Positions 20,999 to 30,732 of a DNA stretch of 64,000 nucleotides are shown here, one piece after another. Numbering within the stretch: position 1 is the first letter of the stretch; each line of letters begins with the position of its first letter. Under the pieces are notes generated by a model. The model ran no database searches. It was given only the letters and a program-made list of their open reading frames with translations, and was not told the DNA's origin. The DNA is from a virus: the IMG/VR virus record IMGVR_UViG_3300045988_153285, positions 1-64,000 of that record; one strand, given 5' to 3'. Both the position numbers and the translations under genes were made by a program.

Positions 20999-21985
20999 TT
21001 ATTTTAAAACTATACACTTAATATCATTAATATCTATTTTCTTACCTTCTTCAAATTCTAAATATGTATAACCATAGTTTTGAGGATTGTAACCTAACTT
21101 TCCGCAATCAGCATAATCATGAGGTAAACACATGCAACTATTTTCTACAACATAAATACCTTGTCTTCTATTTACATTCATCCTGCTATGTTTATGTGTA
21201 TGTCCAAATATAATAACATCATCTACCTCAGCCATATGTCTATTTAAGAAATGTTCTGATACTTTTTCACACATTCTTCCATCAACTCCACTAAAATCTT
21301 TTGGATGACATACTATTAAATTATCAAAAAGCTTAACTTTCCAGTCGTTTATGTATTCAAAGTTAGGTATTGGTTCATACTTAAACTTTTTACCTTTATC
21401 ATAGTAAGTAAAACCATCTTGTATCATCTCTAATAAGTTGGGGTTTAACATCTTCTGAAGTTCTTTCTGTTGCATTTTTATAATATCTCTCGTATATCTT
21501 TCCTCATGATTTCCTCTGATACAAATTATCTTTGTCTTCTCTGGATTAATTATAGTATTTATTTTCTTTATAAATTGATGAGCTATAACTATTTCCTGGT
21601 CTACTGTAGGTCTATCCATAACATCAAAACTACTACACGATTCACAATCAATGATATCTCCAGCCAATATTAGATAATCAATATTTTTATGTTTTCTTAT
21701 TTCATCTAAAACATCATCTCTTTGATAAGGTAAATGTATATCATTCATTACCAAAACTTTAATCTTATCATTGTTTCGCAATTTTCTTTCATTATCATAA
21801 TCTAAGAACTCTTTTAGGCCATAAGAAACCTTTCTAAGATGATCTGCTGAACAGTCTAACCCTAATAATTCAACTATTTCTTCCCATGATTTATCTATTT
21901 CCTTATTTAATTTTGCATTACATAATCTTATTTTATATTCTTGGAAATTTTCATTTTCTCTTCTTAAATAATCTCTCATTCTCAT
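20999..21985 (-). CDS. calcineurin-like metallophosphoesterase
   Basis: Motifs MNDIH, AGDIID, GNHEE and GHTHKH occur in the canonical order. Confidence 0.8.
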   Translation of the reverse strand: MRMRDYLRRENENFQEYKIRLCNAKLNKEIDKSWEEIVELLGLDCSADHLRKVSYGLKEFLDYDNERKLRNNDKIKVLVMNDIHLPYQRDDVLDEIRKHKNIDYLILAGDIIDCESCSSFDVMDRPTVDQEIVIAHQFIKKINTIINPEKTKIICIRGNHEERYTRDIIKMQQKELQKMLNPNLLEMIQDGFTYYDKGKKFKYEPIPNFEYINDWKVKLFDNLIVCHPKDFSGVDGRMCEKVSEHFLNRHMAEVDDVIIFGHTHKHSRMNVNRRQGIYVVENSCMCLPHDYADCGKLGYNPQNYGYTYLEFEEGKKIDINDIKCIVLK

Positions 21986-21997
21986 CTCTCCACTTTG

Positions 21998-22150
21998 TTA
22001 ATTTACTATTATTTCAATTCCACAAATAGGGCAATATATAAATTTTATATCTCCTACTTTCTCAAAATTCCCTAATTCAATTTCTTCATCTACATTTATT
22101 TCTCCACATCTATTAGGACATTTTACCTTTTGAACTCTTTTCTTACCCAT
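21998..22150 (-). CDS. small zinc-ribbon protein (50 aa, below ORF-track cutoff)
   Basis: Hand translation gives MGKKRVQKVKCPNRCGE...YCPICGIEIIVN. Its stop lies inside a junction motif. Confidence 0.45.
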   Translation of the reverse strand: MGKKRVQKVKCPNRCGEINVDEEIELGNFEKVGDIKFIYCPICGIEIIVN

Positions 22151-22230
22151 ACTTTTATCTCTCCACAATCATTTATTTTTGTATTCATTATAAAGCTACC
22201 AATATTATCCCAACATGAGTAACTTTAGAT

Positions 22231-22264
22231 TAAATACAAAATACCCTATCAAATAGATAAGGTA
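22231..22264 (-). terminator. intrinsic terminator closing the large ORF-free segment
   Basis: 9-bp stem at 22242-22250/22256-22264 (one G-U pair) with a minus-strand tail UUUUGUAUUU. Confidence 0.55.
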
Positions 22265-23119
22265 TTAATATATTTATTACACACTCAACCCCGCTAAAAG
22301 TTAGTGTCATTTTTTTCGCCCAACCCGATCAAAAGTAAGCGTTTATTCATGTAAAAATCTTGCAAGACCTGATTAACCCACCAATCAGGAAGTATCCATG
22401 GTATTCCCCACGCCACTGCGAAATATTATCTTGCTTTTTTATTGTCACCACTCCACCTGATAACTAGGGTTGAGTTATTTAGGAACTAGAGTGTTCTCAA
22501 GACCATATCAGATTACTCAACACAACTAATATGACCTATATGTTTTTGTGCCTTAAAGACATAGCTACTAACAGGCTTAACATACAAACCTTTTTGCACC
22601 TATATATTCCCCCTAGTAGCAAGAGAAATATAATTATTGGCAAACCCCTATATGACCTTTATAGGAATTATTGTAGTCGTAGATTTTCAAAAACAGCTCT
22701 ACTTACGCTGAGTTGCACCTTGTGTCCGAGGTGTCTAACTTATGGACTACTCATAAAGAATAACTAGGTGGTTTTTATGTCAGTCGTTCAACAACTCGCT
22801 TTTATTAACGTCTCATAACCATAAAAGAGACAACTATATAAAATAGGTTTTTCTGTTGCCTACCAACGACGTGCAATTAAATCACGTAAATCTCAGTCCC
22901 TACACTCCACTATTTCGACCACGAATAGTTTCAAAGTGTTTTGAAATATTATCTTGCTGAGTGCTAGTAGCATAGACTTACCTTCAGATACAAGATAATA
23001 TCAATTCTGCATTCACTCCATTAGCAACTGCTACTCATCAACTAACTTCGAAGTGAACTATGGCTAATCGCCGTATTTATGTTTAGTCGAGTCATATGTA
23101 CCCGCTATTATATTAATTT
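22235..23119 (-). ncRNA. candidate large structured ncRNA (~0.9 kb), class unknown
   Basis: No credible ORF in six frames. Clearly G/C-richer than its flanks. Many local helices (22368-22389, 22646-22664, 22924-22941 and others). Internal 16-nt repeat GAAATATTATCTTGCT at 22421-22436 and 22943-22958. A terminator lies at the 3' end. Confidence 0.45.
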
Positions 23120-23311
23120 TTATTCTTCGCTTGGTAATTCTTCTGTTTTAGAAATTTGTAATGAAATTCCTTCAACACCTATAAATTCTTCCAGTTTTTC
23201 AGTTAAATTATAAACTTTAACTTCGTCTTTAGAAGTTTCTTCTATGGTAAAAACACCATCTTCACATGTTATACACGCATTCGTAAATTTATAATTAGTT
23301 GCTTTCTTCAT
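23120..23311 (-). CDS. small protein in the YonK position of SPbeta-like phages
   Basis: 63 aa, immediately downstream of the HU gene and the YonO-like gene. The assignment rests on synteny only. Confidence 0.4.
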   Translation of the reverse strand: MKKATNYKFTNACITCEDGVFTIEETSKDEVKVYNLTEKLEEFIGVEGISLQISKTEELPSEE

Positions 23312-23319
23312 AATATCAC

Positions 23320-23595
23320 CTACTCATTAACTATTTCTTTGATCTTACTTGATTGCTTATATGCAACTTTTTTACCTGCTTTTATAATAAGTTTCTCACC
23401 AGTAGCAGGATTATGTCCTTCTCTTTCTTTTGTTTCTTTTACTGATAATGTTCCGATTGTACCAAAAACTACTTTCCCATCTTCTAATAATCCTTCAACT
23501 ACAACTTCTTCTAAAGTTGCAATTAATTCCTTTGCTCTTTCTTGTGATACTCCTACCTTTGTTGCAAACTCTTTTCTCATTTCTGTTAAATTCAT
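23320..23595 (-). CDS. HU/IHF-family DNA-binding protein
   Basis: 91 aa. Contains GTLSVKETKEREGHNPATGEKLIIKAGKKVAYK, the typical HU arm. Confidence 0.9.
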   Translation of the reverse strand: MNLTEMRKEFATKVGVSQERAKELIATLEEVVVEGLLEDGKVVFGTIGTLSVKETKEREGHNPATGEKLIIKAGKKVAYKQSSKIKEIVNE

Positions 23596-23946
23596 TATTC
23601 TCTACTCCTTTGACTCTCTTTTATTTTATTAATTTTTGTTTATCTCACTTCCCTATAAGAAAGGACTGCTCAACCGTACGAACAGTCCAAAATATAAAAG
23701 GGAGATGAGAATTTATGAGATATGCCCCGAAGGGCTTGGTATATTAAAGTATTTCTACTATAAATATCTTGTAACAGGGGACTTAGATATTAGTGTCGAC
23801 TCGTCCCCTAAAAAATACTTGACTTTACAAAGTCTATTTGATAAGATATTATTGATATATTATACTCTTATCATTATATAGAATAAGAGCAATCTCGCAA
23901 TCCATTGATATTACTAGGTTTGCGAGGTGTTAAAAAACAAAAAACA
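23596..23946 (-). promoter_or_regulatory. long structured leader / intergenic RNA upstream of the HU gene
   Basis: Minus-strand helices include GCCC-UUCG-GGGC (23724-23735), AGGGGAC/GTCCCCT, GGACTG/CAGTCC and CTCGCAA/TTGCGAG. Possible TTGCGA-16-TATAAT promoter. A junction motif lies at 23624-23635. Confidence 0.4.
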
Positions 23947-26874
23947 CTATTTTACATGATTTATATCACATCTCTTAACCATAATATATTTATCTCCAAA
24001 TATGTTTATATCACCAAAATTATCTTTTGTTAATATAATTTCATTCTTATTATTTGAATTTTTAAACACTGATAATAATTTAACCTTATGAATACTATTG
24101 TATAATAATATCATAAGAAACATTCCAATCTTTGACCAATCCGATTCTCTTTTTGTTTCACCAAATGCTTTTTGAAGCATAGAATATATTGTTTTCGCAT
24201 TTATTTTAATATTGGAAATATCATTAATAGAAGATTCTCTTTTTCTTCTTAATATTGTTTCCTTGCTCTTAGATTTCATGTTTTTATTACTTCTAAGTCC
24301 ATTTATCGTGCTTGAGTATGATTTGCATATTTTATAGACAACTTCTTGGGGTTCTATCTTACTTCTATCTCCATCTAAGCTCTTAGCTTTTACCATTATG
24401 CCCCCAATAGATTTAGTTCCCCTAGGGTTTCTTGTCCTACATTCATCTAATATTTCTTCTAAATAATCCATAGGAGTATTAAATTTAATTGTATTTCTAT
24501 ATGTATTATCTTGAGCAACATATTCAAAGAATTTAGGAACTATCATTTTTTTAATTTTCTTTTGCTCTCCTTTCACATTTAATTTCGGAACTTTTATGAT
24601 TTCGCCAGTTTCAGAATCAACTTTCTCCTCAAACAAATATTCAATATCAAAATCTATAATTGTTTTACCTTTATATTTCATGTCATTTATATTTTTTAAT
24701 TCCTTTGTCATAGATATATTATCAAAAGATTTTTTAGCCTTATCTAGTTCTATTTGAGATAAACTAGATAACATTGATGATATATCATATAGCTTCTGAA
24801 TCAATTCCTCGTCCATTCCTTTTGATTTACAGTTCCACATATAACTATTTATTATTTGAGACTTATTTATTATCTTTCCTATAAAATTATTGCTTAAAAC
24901 ATCATCTAATTCGGCCAATTCATCAAGTGTATTATGTCTTATTTTACTATCGCCTTTAACCAAGTTTAATGGAGTTTTATACATTTGGCATTTCTCTGCA
25001 ACATCTACAAATGTCTTGTGGGGAATATGTAACAACGTATCAGAATCATAATCAAACCCCTGCCCTCTATCGGGAAAATCGTTGTCGCTAACATTTACAA
25101 TAGTTATGTTGTTACTAAAATTAAACCATTTATATTCATCATGCCATTTGTTTGTTGCCACCATTACATTACCTGAATTTATATGTGGATTTCTAAATGT
25201 GGCCAATTTTTGATTATCTTCATAGAATTTACAATATATTTCTGTCCCTTTAGCTAAACATATGTTATCATATTCCCCTATACTATGTAATAACATTTCA
25301 TAAGGATTTGCTACTATGGTTGAGTATATAGTGTTTTCTAATCTAATTTTCCCTTTTCTAAGTTCATTTATATAGCACTGTATTTGATTTAACCTAAACT
25401 TCTTAAATATTTTTGTATATTGGAAATCACTATTTATAGCTAAAATGTTATTTATCATTTCGCCAGTAGAATAATTATCATTATCTGATTTAAAAACTTC
25501 TTCATTACCCCAATCAATTTCTTCTATATCCTTCTCCAACTGTTCTGCTACTGCTTCTTTTATTGCTATATGATTTTTAAAATAAGCCAAATCAGTCTTT
25601 AATAATCTAACATATTCTAATTCGTGCCACATCAATTCTTTTATCTGTTCTTTTGTAAATGGCATACTGTTAATTATCTGATATGTTGTCCTATTCCAAG
25701 TTCCATAATTACCTTCTTTGTCACTTTTTACAATTCCGAATACATTATCTATATTGTTGAACCATTCTTCATAACACTCTTTATCGTCTTTGAATTTATA
25801 CTTAAATTTCAAAAATTTAATACTAGATGGCGTAGTTACCAATAATATATCTTTATAATCTATCCAACCTCTATACTTATCTTTTATCTTCCCGTCTTTT
25901 ATTTTTCCTTGACTATCCATATATGCAAAGAATTTTTGTAGTTTTGTATTAAATGCACAACATTTAAACATATCGCTTCTTAATAACATCATACCTTTTT
26001 TAGATCTATTTGCAATTTTGAATACAGACTCGTCCAACAACCCCTGTCCATCTGTCATATTATTAACTCTAGTTACCTTTTCATTCTTAGTCTGTAGTTT
26101 TCCATTTACTTCTCTTGTGACGCTTGATTCAACTTCAAACGGTAAACTATCTATGTCATCAATGAGCAATATTGACTTGGGTTCTATATGTATAATATCC
26201 TCGATTCCACTTAATACAAGAGATTGATAAGCATTTAATGATGTTATATCACACTGTTCTCCTTCATCTATAAATAAACCTTTCTTATTTTTGATTTCCT
26301 CTTTAGTCTTATTATGGAGTAACCTGCTTCTATTCATCATTTTTTTATACATTCCCTCTTTTATAAATAAACAAGATCCTGTCCTAGCTTTTGATGCACC
26401 TCTTTTATAGAATATGTATTTTTGACCATCAATAGTAAATCCATTAGTATAAAGGTATTTTCTCATACCCTTTCTGCTCTTTACTAAATATCTTTCTCTT
26501 ATGGGCTTACCTTCTTCATTTAATTTTATTTCTCCTGTTTCAGAATCTACTTTATCTCTCCACTGATTATAATTTTCATCAAAAGTAACATTAACTATTG
26601 CTTTTGTATATTGTTTTTTATTTTTTACGTAAATTTCTTTTGGATAATATTCATCCAGCCTTATCATTTCTAAGCTATACGGTATTGTTGCTGTAAACAG
26701 CCTATCATAAGAAATGTCTTTTGTTGAATAACATCCTTTTTTATTAATTATTAAGCCATCTTTATTTGCTATATCTTCTGTCATAGCTCTATATAAATAG
26801 CAAGCATCTATATTGTATATGTATGTATTCTCTTGTTTTTTAATAATATCCATCTCTTTATTTTCTAATTTCAT
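23947..26874 (-). CDS. YonO-like single-subunit two-barrel RNA polymerase (RdRP/QDE-1-related) candidate
   Basis: 975 aa. FRNPHINSGNV resembles the RNPxxHPGD element of RDR-type polymerases. GFDYDSD resembles the DxDGD metal site. Synteny with HU and a 63-aa gene matches SPbeta yonO-yonN-yonK. Confidence 0.55.
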   Translation of the reverse strand: MKLENKEMDIIKKQENTYIYNIDACYLYRAMTEDIANKDGLIINKKGCYSTKDISYDRLFTATIPYSLEMIRLDEYYPKEIYVKNKKQYTKAIVNVTFDENYNQWRDKVDSETGEIKLNEEGKPIRERYLVKSRKGMRKYLYTNGFTIDGQKYIFYKRGASKARTGSCLFIKEGMYKKMMNRSRLLHNKTKEEIKNKKGLFIDEGEQCDITSLNAYQSLVLSGIEDIIHIEPKSILLIDDIDSLPFEVESSVTREVNGKLQTKNEKVTRVNNMTDGQGLLDESVFKIANRSKKGMMLLRSDMFKCCAFNTKLQKFFAYMDSQGKIKDGKIKDKYRGWIDYKDILLVTTPSSIKFLKFKYKFKDDKECYEEWFNNIDNVFGIVKSDKEGNYGTWNRTTYQIINSMPFTKEQIKELMWHELEYVRLLKTDLAYFKNHIAIKEAVAEQLEKDIEEIDWGNEEVFKSDNDNYSTGEMINNILAINSDFQYTKIFKKFRLNQIQCYINELRKGKIRLENTIYSTIVANPYEMLLHSIGEYDNICLAKGTEIYCKFYEDNQKLATFRNPHINSGNVMVATNKWHDEYKWFNFSNNITIVNVSDNDFPDRGQGFDYDSDTLLHIPHKTFVDVAEKCQMYKTPLNLVKGDSKIRHNTLDELAELDDVLSNNFIGKIINKSQIINSYMWNCKSKGMDEELIQKLYDISSMLSSLSQIELDKAKKSFDNISMTKELKNINDMKYKGKTIIDFDIEYLFEEKVDSETGEIIKVPKLNVKGEQKKIKKMIVPKFFEYVAQDNTYRNTIKFNTPMDYLEEILDECRTRNPRGTKSIGGIMVKAKSLDGDRSKIEPQEVVYKICKSYSSTINGLRSNKNMKSKSKETILRRKRESSINDISNIKINAKTIYSMLQKAFGETKRESDWSKIGMFLMILLYNSIHKVKLLSVFKNSNNKNEIILTKDNFGDINIFGDKYIMVKRCDINHVK

Positions 26875-26916
26875 TAATTTCCCTCACCTTCGATATAATT
26901 ATTTGAATCAATCAGT

Positions 26917-27087
26917 TTATTTATTAGTTATCTCAGTTAAATCTCTTAACAATGTATCATCTAATTTAAACACGAATACGCTCAACCATTTATTATTCCT
27001 ATTTGGTTCTGTCCATAATAGTTCATGTCCTTTTATAACTAACTCTAAAAATACTCTTTTGCTATAAATTTTTTTATACTTGACCAT
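26917..27087 (-). CDS. small DUF5659-like protein
   Basis: RBS AGGAGG lies 7 nt before the ATG at 27087. Similar in pattern to the 39880-40050 product. Confidence 0.4.
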   Translation of the reverse strand: MVKYKKIYSKRVFLELVIKGHELLWTEPNRNNKWLSVFVFKLDDTLLRDLTEITNK

Positions 27088-28456
27088 ATCTAATCCTCCT
27101 GATTTCATCACTTATTATAGTCGTTAATGTATCCTCCATTGTGGACTTACTTATGTTATATTTATTACCTTTAAACTCTATATAATTAGAATAAATTTTT
27201 ATATTATCAAATAAATTGCCCCCTTCTAATAATTCTATTGACTTTGATGGTATACATAATTCAGATTTAATATATACCTTTTTATCTTTTATCTTTTTTA
27301 TTTTGCAATTATATCTTGTAATTATTTTTAGGATATCTTTATAATACTCTTTAATATTGATTATATCTTCTATAACTTGCTTGTTTTTATCATACAATTT
27401 ATTTGCATTATATATAAAATCATCTATAGTTGATAAAATATCCTTCAGATTATTATCCTTAAAAGAAATATCAATATCTTTATTAAATCCATAATATTTT
27501 GAGTATTCACATCTTATTTTTTCTATTGTTCCCCGCCACATGTAATACGTTATGTCAAACCCTCTATACTTTTTTGAGAGTATCTTTATATCGTTATTTC
27601 TATATTTTAATACATACTTTAACTTGTTTGCATCTGTATTTAGTGGTGAATTTGTTTTTAAAAGAATATCTTTTAATTGAACTTCTTTTATTTCTATCAT
27701 TTTCAGTACCATCTTACTTGTTTGTGTCATTATCTTATTTCTATCACTTATTGTAGCTACATCTGTCGCCTTATACAAATATCCTGCTTTTGGATTATAG
27801 TATATCAATGGAGACTCAGAGTAATTTATTTCATCTTCTATAGATTTAACTCTTTTTCTTTCAAATGTTACCTTTTTATTGTTTTTCATATTTATGTATT
27901 TATCTATTTTCTCCTGAATCATATATGTCAAAACTCTATCTTTTTTAGATTCCAAGAGTCTCTTTTCTTTGTTTATTAAAGCATCTATTTCTTCTATATG
28001 GAAATTATCAAAACCTAATATCCATATATCGTTTATCCCCTCTAATTGATATAATTCATGTCTTTTATTATATTGCGTTGATATTGGACTGCATTGATAT
28101 TCTATACAATATCTCTCACCTTCATATTCAAAGTATATATCTGGTCTTTGTTTTGTATTTTTTATGTATTTTTCAACTTCTAAATTTCCAACACCTTTTA
28201 TCTCCTTCAACCTATTGTAAAGCATCTTAATTCCATTTATATGTTCCTCTGTCATAGGCTCATAATACTTATTTCCACTACATTCAGAGCCAATCTCATG
28301 TTTGAAATATGGTATCTTGTAATCACCCTTGCAATATATAACCCTTTCGTTACATTCTGGACATTTTAATATTTCTTTATTAGACCATTCTCTTAATTTA
28401 GCTTCATCATAATCAAAAGAATTAATTGATTTACTTCCTATTATACAACTTAGCAT
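27074..28456 (-). CDS. CoiA-like nuclease-family protein
   Basis: N-terminus reads CPECNERVIYCKG..PYFKHE followed by RPDIYFEYEGERYCIEYQCS (PD-(D/E)xK-like). Confidence 0.5.
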   Translation of the reverse strand: MLSCIIGSKSINSFDYDEAKLREWSNKEILKCPECNERVIYCKGDYKIPYFKHEIGSECSGNKYYEPMTEEHINGIKMLYNRLKEIKGVGNLEVEKYIKNTKQRPDIYFEYEGERYCIEYQCSPISTQYNKRHELYQLEGINDIWILGFDNFHIEEIDALINKEKRLLESKKDRVLTYMIQEKIDKYINMKNNKKVTFERKRVKSIEDEINYSESPLIYYNPKAGYLYKATDVATISDRNKIMTQTSKMVLKMIEIKEVQLKDILLKTNSPLNTDANKLKYVLKYRNNDIKILSKKYRGFDITYYMWRGTIEKIRCEYSKYYGFNKDIDISFKDNNLKDILSTIDDFIYNANKLYDKNKQVIEDIINIKEYYKDILKIITRYNCKIKKIKDKKVYIKSELCIPSKSIELLEGGNLFDNIKIYSNYIEFKGNKYNISKSTMEDTLTTIISDEIRRIRYGQV

Positions 28457-28484
28457 ACTTTTCCTCCTTTTATTTTGTTAATTT

Positions 28485-28748
28485 CTATAATATTATTAAA
28501 AATCTTAAATCATATTCACCTGTTTGTCCTATTATTTCATAATCAATATCAAAAATTTGATCTCCCCAGGACTCTCTAATACTTTCACAAATTCTTATTG
28601 CTAATTCTTCCATCTTCGTATATGTATCATTATCTTTAACATAGCCATCAAATTCATTTATTTTTATGTATTGCCCTTCTATTTCTGCCATTAAATCAAA
28701 CTTAACTCCTAATTCCTCAACGATTCCTCTAATAATATCTTCACCCAT
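28485..28748 (-). CDS. hypothetical protein
   Basis: 87-aa ORF. Confidence 0.45.
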   Translation of the reverse strand: MGEDIIRGIVEELGVKFDLMAEIEGQYIKINEFDGYVKDNDTYTKMEELAIRICESIRESWGDQIFDIDYEIIGQTGEYDLRFLIIL

Positions 28749-28915
28749 TTTAATTCTCTCCTTAATTTTTAATTTTTATAAACTCTCGAATTAAAAATCA
28801 AAAATAACAGTATTTTTCGTGTTTAATTATGTATTCAATAACTTATTCATTTTAATATGTAAAACTTAAAATATCCCAATATTTTCAACCTTTTCTTCGA
28901 GAAAACATATCTATA

Positions 28916-29374
28916 TTATTTATTATTAATATTTTTATTAAATCTTTCTCTTAAAATTACTTTTTCTTCTTCAGACATTTCAACGTATAGTCCTAAATCA
29001 ATATATTTCTGTTTGTCTTTCTTAAACCATTGCTGCTTTCTTAAATTTTTAATACTCCAAGGTTTTATATTTACACCATTTGTCGAAGCTCCTACTTCTT
29101 TTGCAACTATATCTAAACTTTCTTCTGAAAATTGTATTAAAACATCGCCATCTGTACTTAGATTTCTTACCTTATTTACACCTAACTCTATCAGCTTCTT
29201 GCTAAATTGTTCAGAATTACCACGTCTTGGTTTATAATAAGCTAACAAATCATCACCAACTCTATATATCTGTCCGTCCTTTGCACATTGTATATATGTA
29301 TCTTCCTTTATTGGTTCTAAACTGCTCCTATCCCATTCACAACATATTCTATAAGTTTTATAATATTTATCCAT
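28916..29374 (-). CDS. hypothetical protein
   Basis: 152-aa ORF with a junction motif and RBS at 29375-29402. Confidence 0.5.
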   Translation of the reverse strand: MDKYYKTYRICCEWDRSSLEPIKEDTYIQCAKDGQIYRVGDDLLAYYKPRRGNSEQFSKKLIELGVNKVRNLSTDGDVLIQFSEESLDIVAKEVGASTNGVNIKPWSIKNLRKQQWFKKDKQKYIDLGLYVEMSEEEKVILRERFNKNINNK

Positions 29375-29438
29375 TTTTCCACCTCTTTATTTTTGTTAAT
29401 TTATATTTATGCATTTAAATCGCATTATAATAATTTCT

Positions 29439-29545
29439 AAGCGTTTTTATTTTTAGACGATAAATTATACCTATAACTACTAAACTCTATTCTTACAGCC
29501 TGTAATTCACTTTTTCTTCGAGTATATCAATGTATCTCTTATCGT
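29439..29545 (+). repeat. copy a of a dispersed ~30-100 bp intergenic element
   Basis: Exact 25-mer TTTTATTTTTAGACGATAAATTATA at 29445-29469 equals 37550-37574. Similarity continues for about 70 nt. Confidence 0.7.
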
Positions 29546-29581
29546 TTATTTAATTATCAACTTAACCTCCTTTCTATATCC

Positions 29582-29610
29582 ATTATATAACATATAAATC
29601 TCCTTGTCAA
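29582..29610 (-). promoter_or_regulatory. sigma-A-type promoter TTGACA-17-TATAAT
   Basis: Consensus hexamers on the minus strand. Junction motif at 29615-29626 just upstream. Confidence 0.6.
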
Positions 29611-29635
29611 TCTATTTTGTTAATTTATATTAAAA

Positions 29636-29662
29636 TATTTTCAAGGGGCTTATTTGCCCCAT
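29636..29662 (-). terminator. hairpin after the TubY-like gene
   Basis: GGGGC-AAAUAA-GCCCC on the minus strand, with a weak U-tract. Confidence 0.45.
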
Positions 29663-30325
29663 TTATCTATTTCCAAACAGTAATTTATGCAACTTTCTTC
29701 CAAATCCTTCTTTATAAGAAGCTTTTTCTATTTCTTCTTTTGTCACACAACTCATTTGTTTTATTTCTTCCAAAACTTTATTTTGTTGTTCTATTTTATT
29801 TTCAATAATTTTATTGTTTTCTGAAACTTTATCTAAATAAGAATCAAGTTTTTCATCTATCATCTCATCTAAAGTTGTGCATAATTCTTGTTTTAAATCA
29901 TCATTAACTTTATATTGAGCTTCCAACATTAACTTTAACTCATTTCTTATATCAACCTGGATTTGAGATCTGAACATCTCTAATTGATTTTGCATTTCTA
30001 ATTTGATTGCTTCTGAAAATACTTCTACAGCTAAAGGTTTATCATTTGGAATTAAACCTTCTTCAGTAAATATATCTTCTCTCTCGCAATATTTTTGTAT
30101 CTGCTGGATAGTCAAACCATCTTCTCTTAACTTTAATATAAACTCAAACTTCTTTAGCGAAGGCTTTGTAAATTTTCTCATTTTATTACTATATTCTAAA
30201 TCTAATATTTCACTAAAAGCAGTCATATAATGTCTCACTGTAGAAACTGGCAAATCAAACATTTCAGCTACCTGGGTAGCAGAATATCTAATATTATCCT
30301 CACCTTTTATTATATTATCACTCAT
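29663..30325 (-). CDS. MerR-type HTH + coiled-coil protein, TubY-like partition modulator candidate
   Basis: N-terminal HTH (YSATQVAEMFDLPVSTVRHY) and a long coiled-coil C-half. Divergent from tubR across the centromere-like repeats. Confidence 0.5.
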   Translation of the reverse strand: MSDNIIKGEDNIRYSATQVAEMFDLPVSTVRHYMTAFSEILDLEYSNKMRKFTKPSLKKFEFILKLREDGLTIQQIQKYCEREDIFTEEGLIPNDKPLAVEVFSEAIKLEMQNQLEMFRSQIQVDIRNELKLMLEAQYKVNDDLKQELCTTLDEMIDEKLDSYLDKVSENNKIIENKIEQQNKVLEEIKQMSCVTKEEIEKASYKEGFGRKLHKLLFGNR

Positions 30326-30339
30326 CAACATCACCTCAT

Positions 30340-30700
30340 AAAACTAAAGTAAACTATATCTAAAGTTTACCATAATAGATATAAAAGTAAATACTCTTCT
30401 TTAATTTAAATACATTCAACTTTACTTTTACTTCACTTAATATATAAACAACTTCATATTAACCTTACTTTACATATATAAAACTTTATATTTACTTAAC
30501 TTTATTATAATATATATCTACCTTTACTTTAGTCTTACAAAATATTTTTTAGTTCTTTTAAGTTTGTTTTGCTTTTTTAAATTTTTTTATAGTTTGTTTA
30601 AGTTTTTTATAAAGTGTTTTAGTTATTTTTACTTTTTATTAGTAATATTATAGTTTTTTACGATCATATTATAGTGTGTTTTAATAATTTAAACTTGTAT
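30340..30700. repeat. centromere-like iteron field (tubC-like)
   Basis: AAAGTAAA-type repeats at 30346, 30362 and 30384 are followed by inverted TTTACTT repeats at 30419-30433, 30463, 30491 and 30521. A second array of TAGTTTGTTT-like units spans 30550-30690. Confidence 0.6.
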
Positions 30701-30723
30701 TTACCTTTTTATTATGGTAATAT
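30695..30723 (+). promoter_or_regulatory. tubRZ promoter TTGTAT-17-TAATAT (TG-extended)
   Basis: Hexamers read directly from the sequence. Confidence 0.5.
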
Positions 30724-30732
30724 TTAGTTGAG

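Noticed and set aside
22531-22767. 78-aa plus-strand ORF inside the 0.9-kb ORF-free segment.
   Set aside because: It has no RBS, its orientation is opposite to all neighbours, and its composition is odd. I treat it as chance within a candidate RNA.
23339-23881. Plus-strand ORFs 23339-23632, 23430-23708 and 23636-23881.
   Set aside because: The first two are shadows of the HU gene. The third lies in the structured leader and has no RBS.
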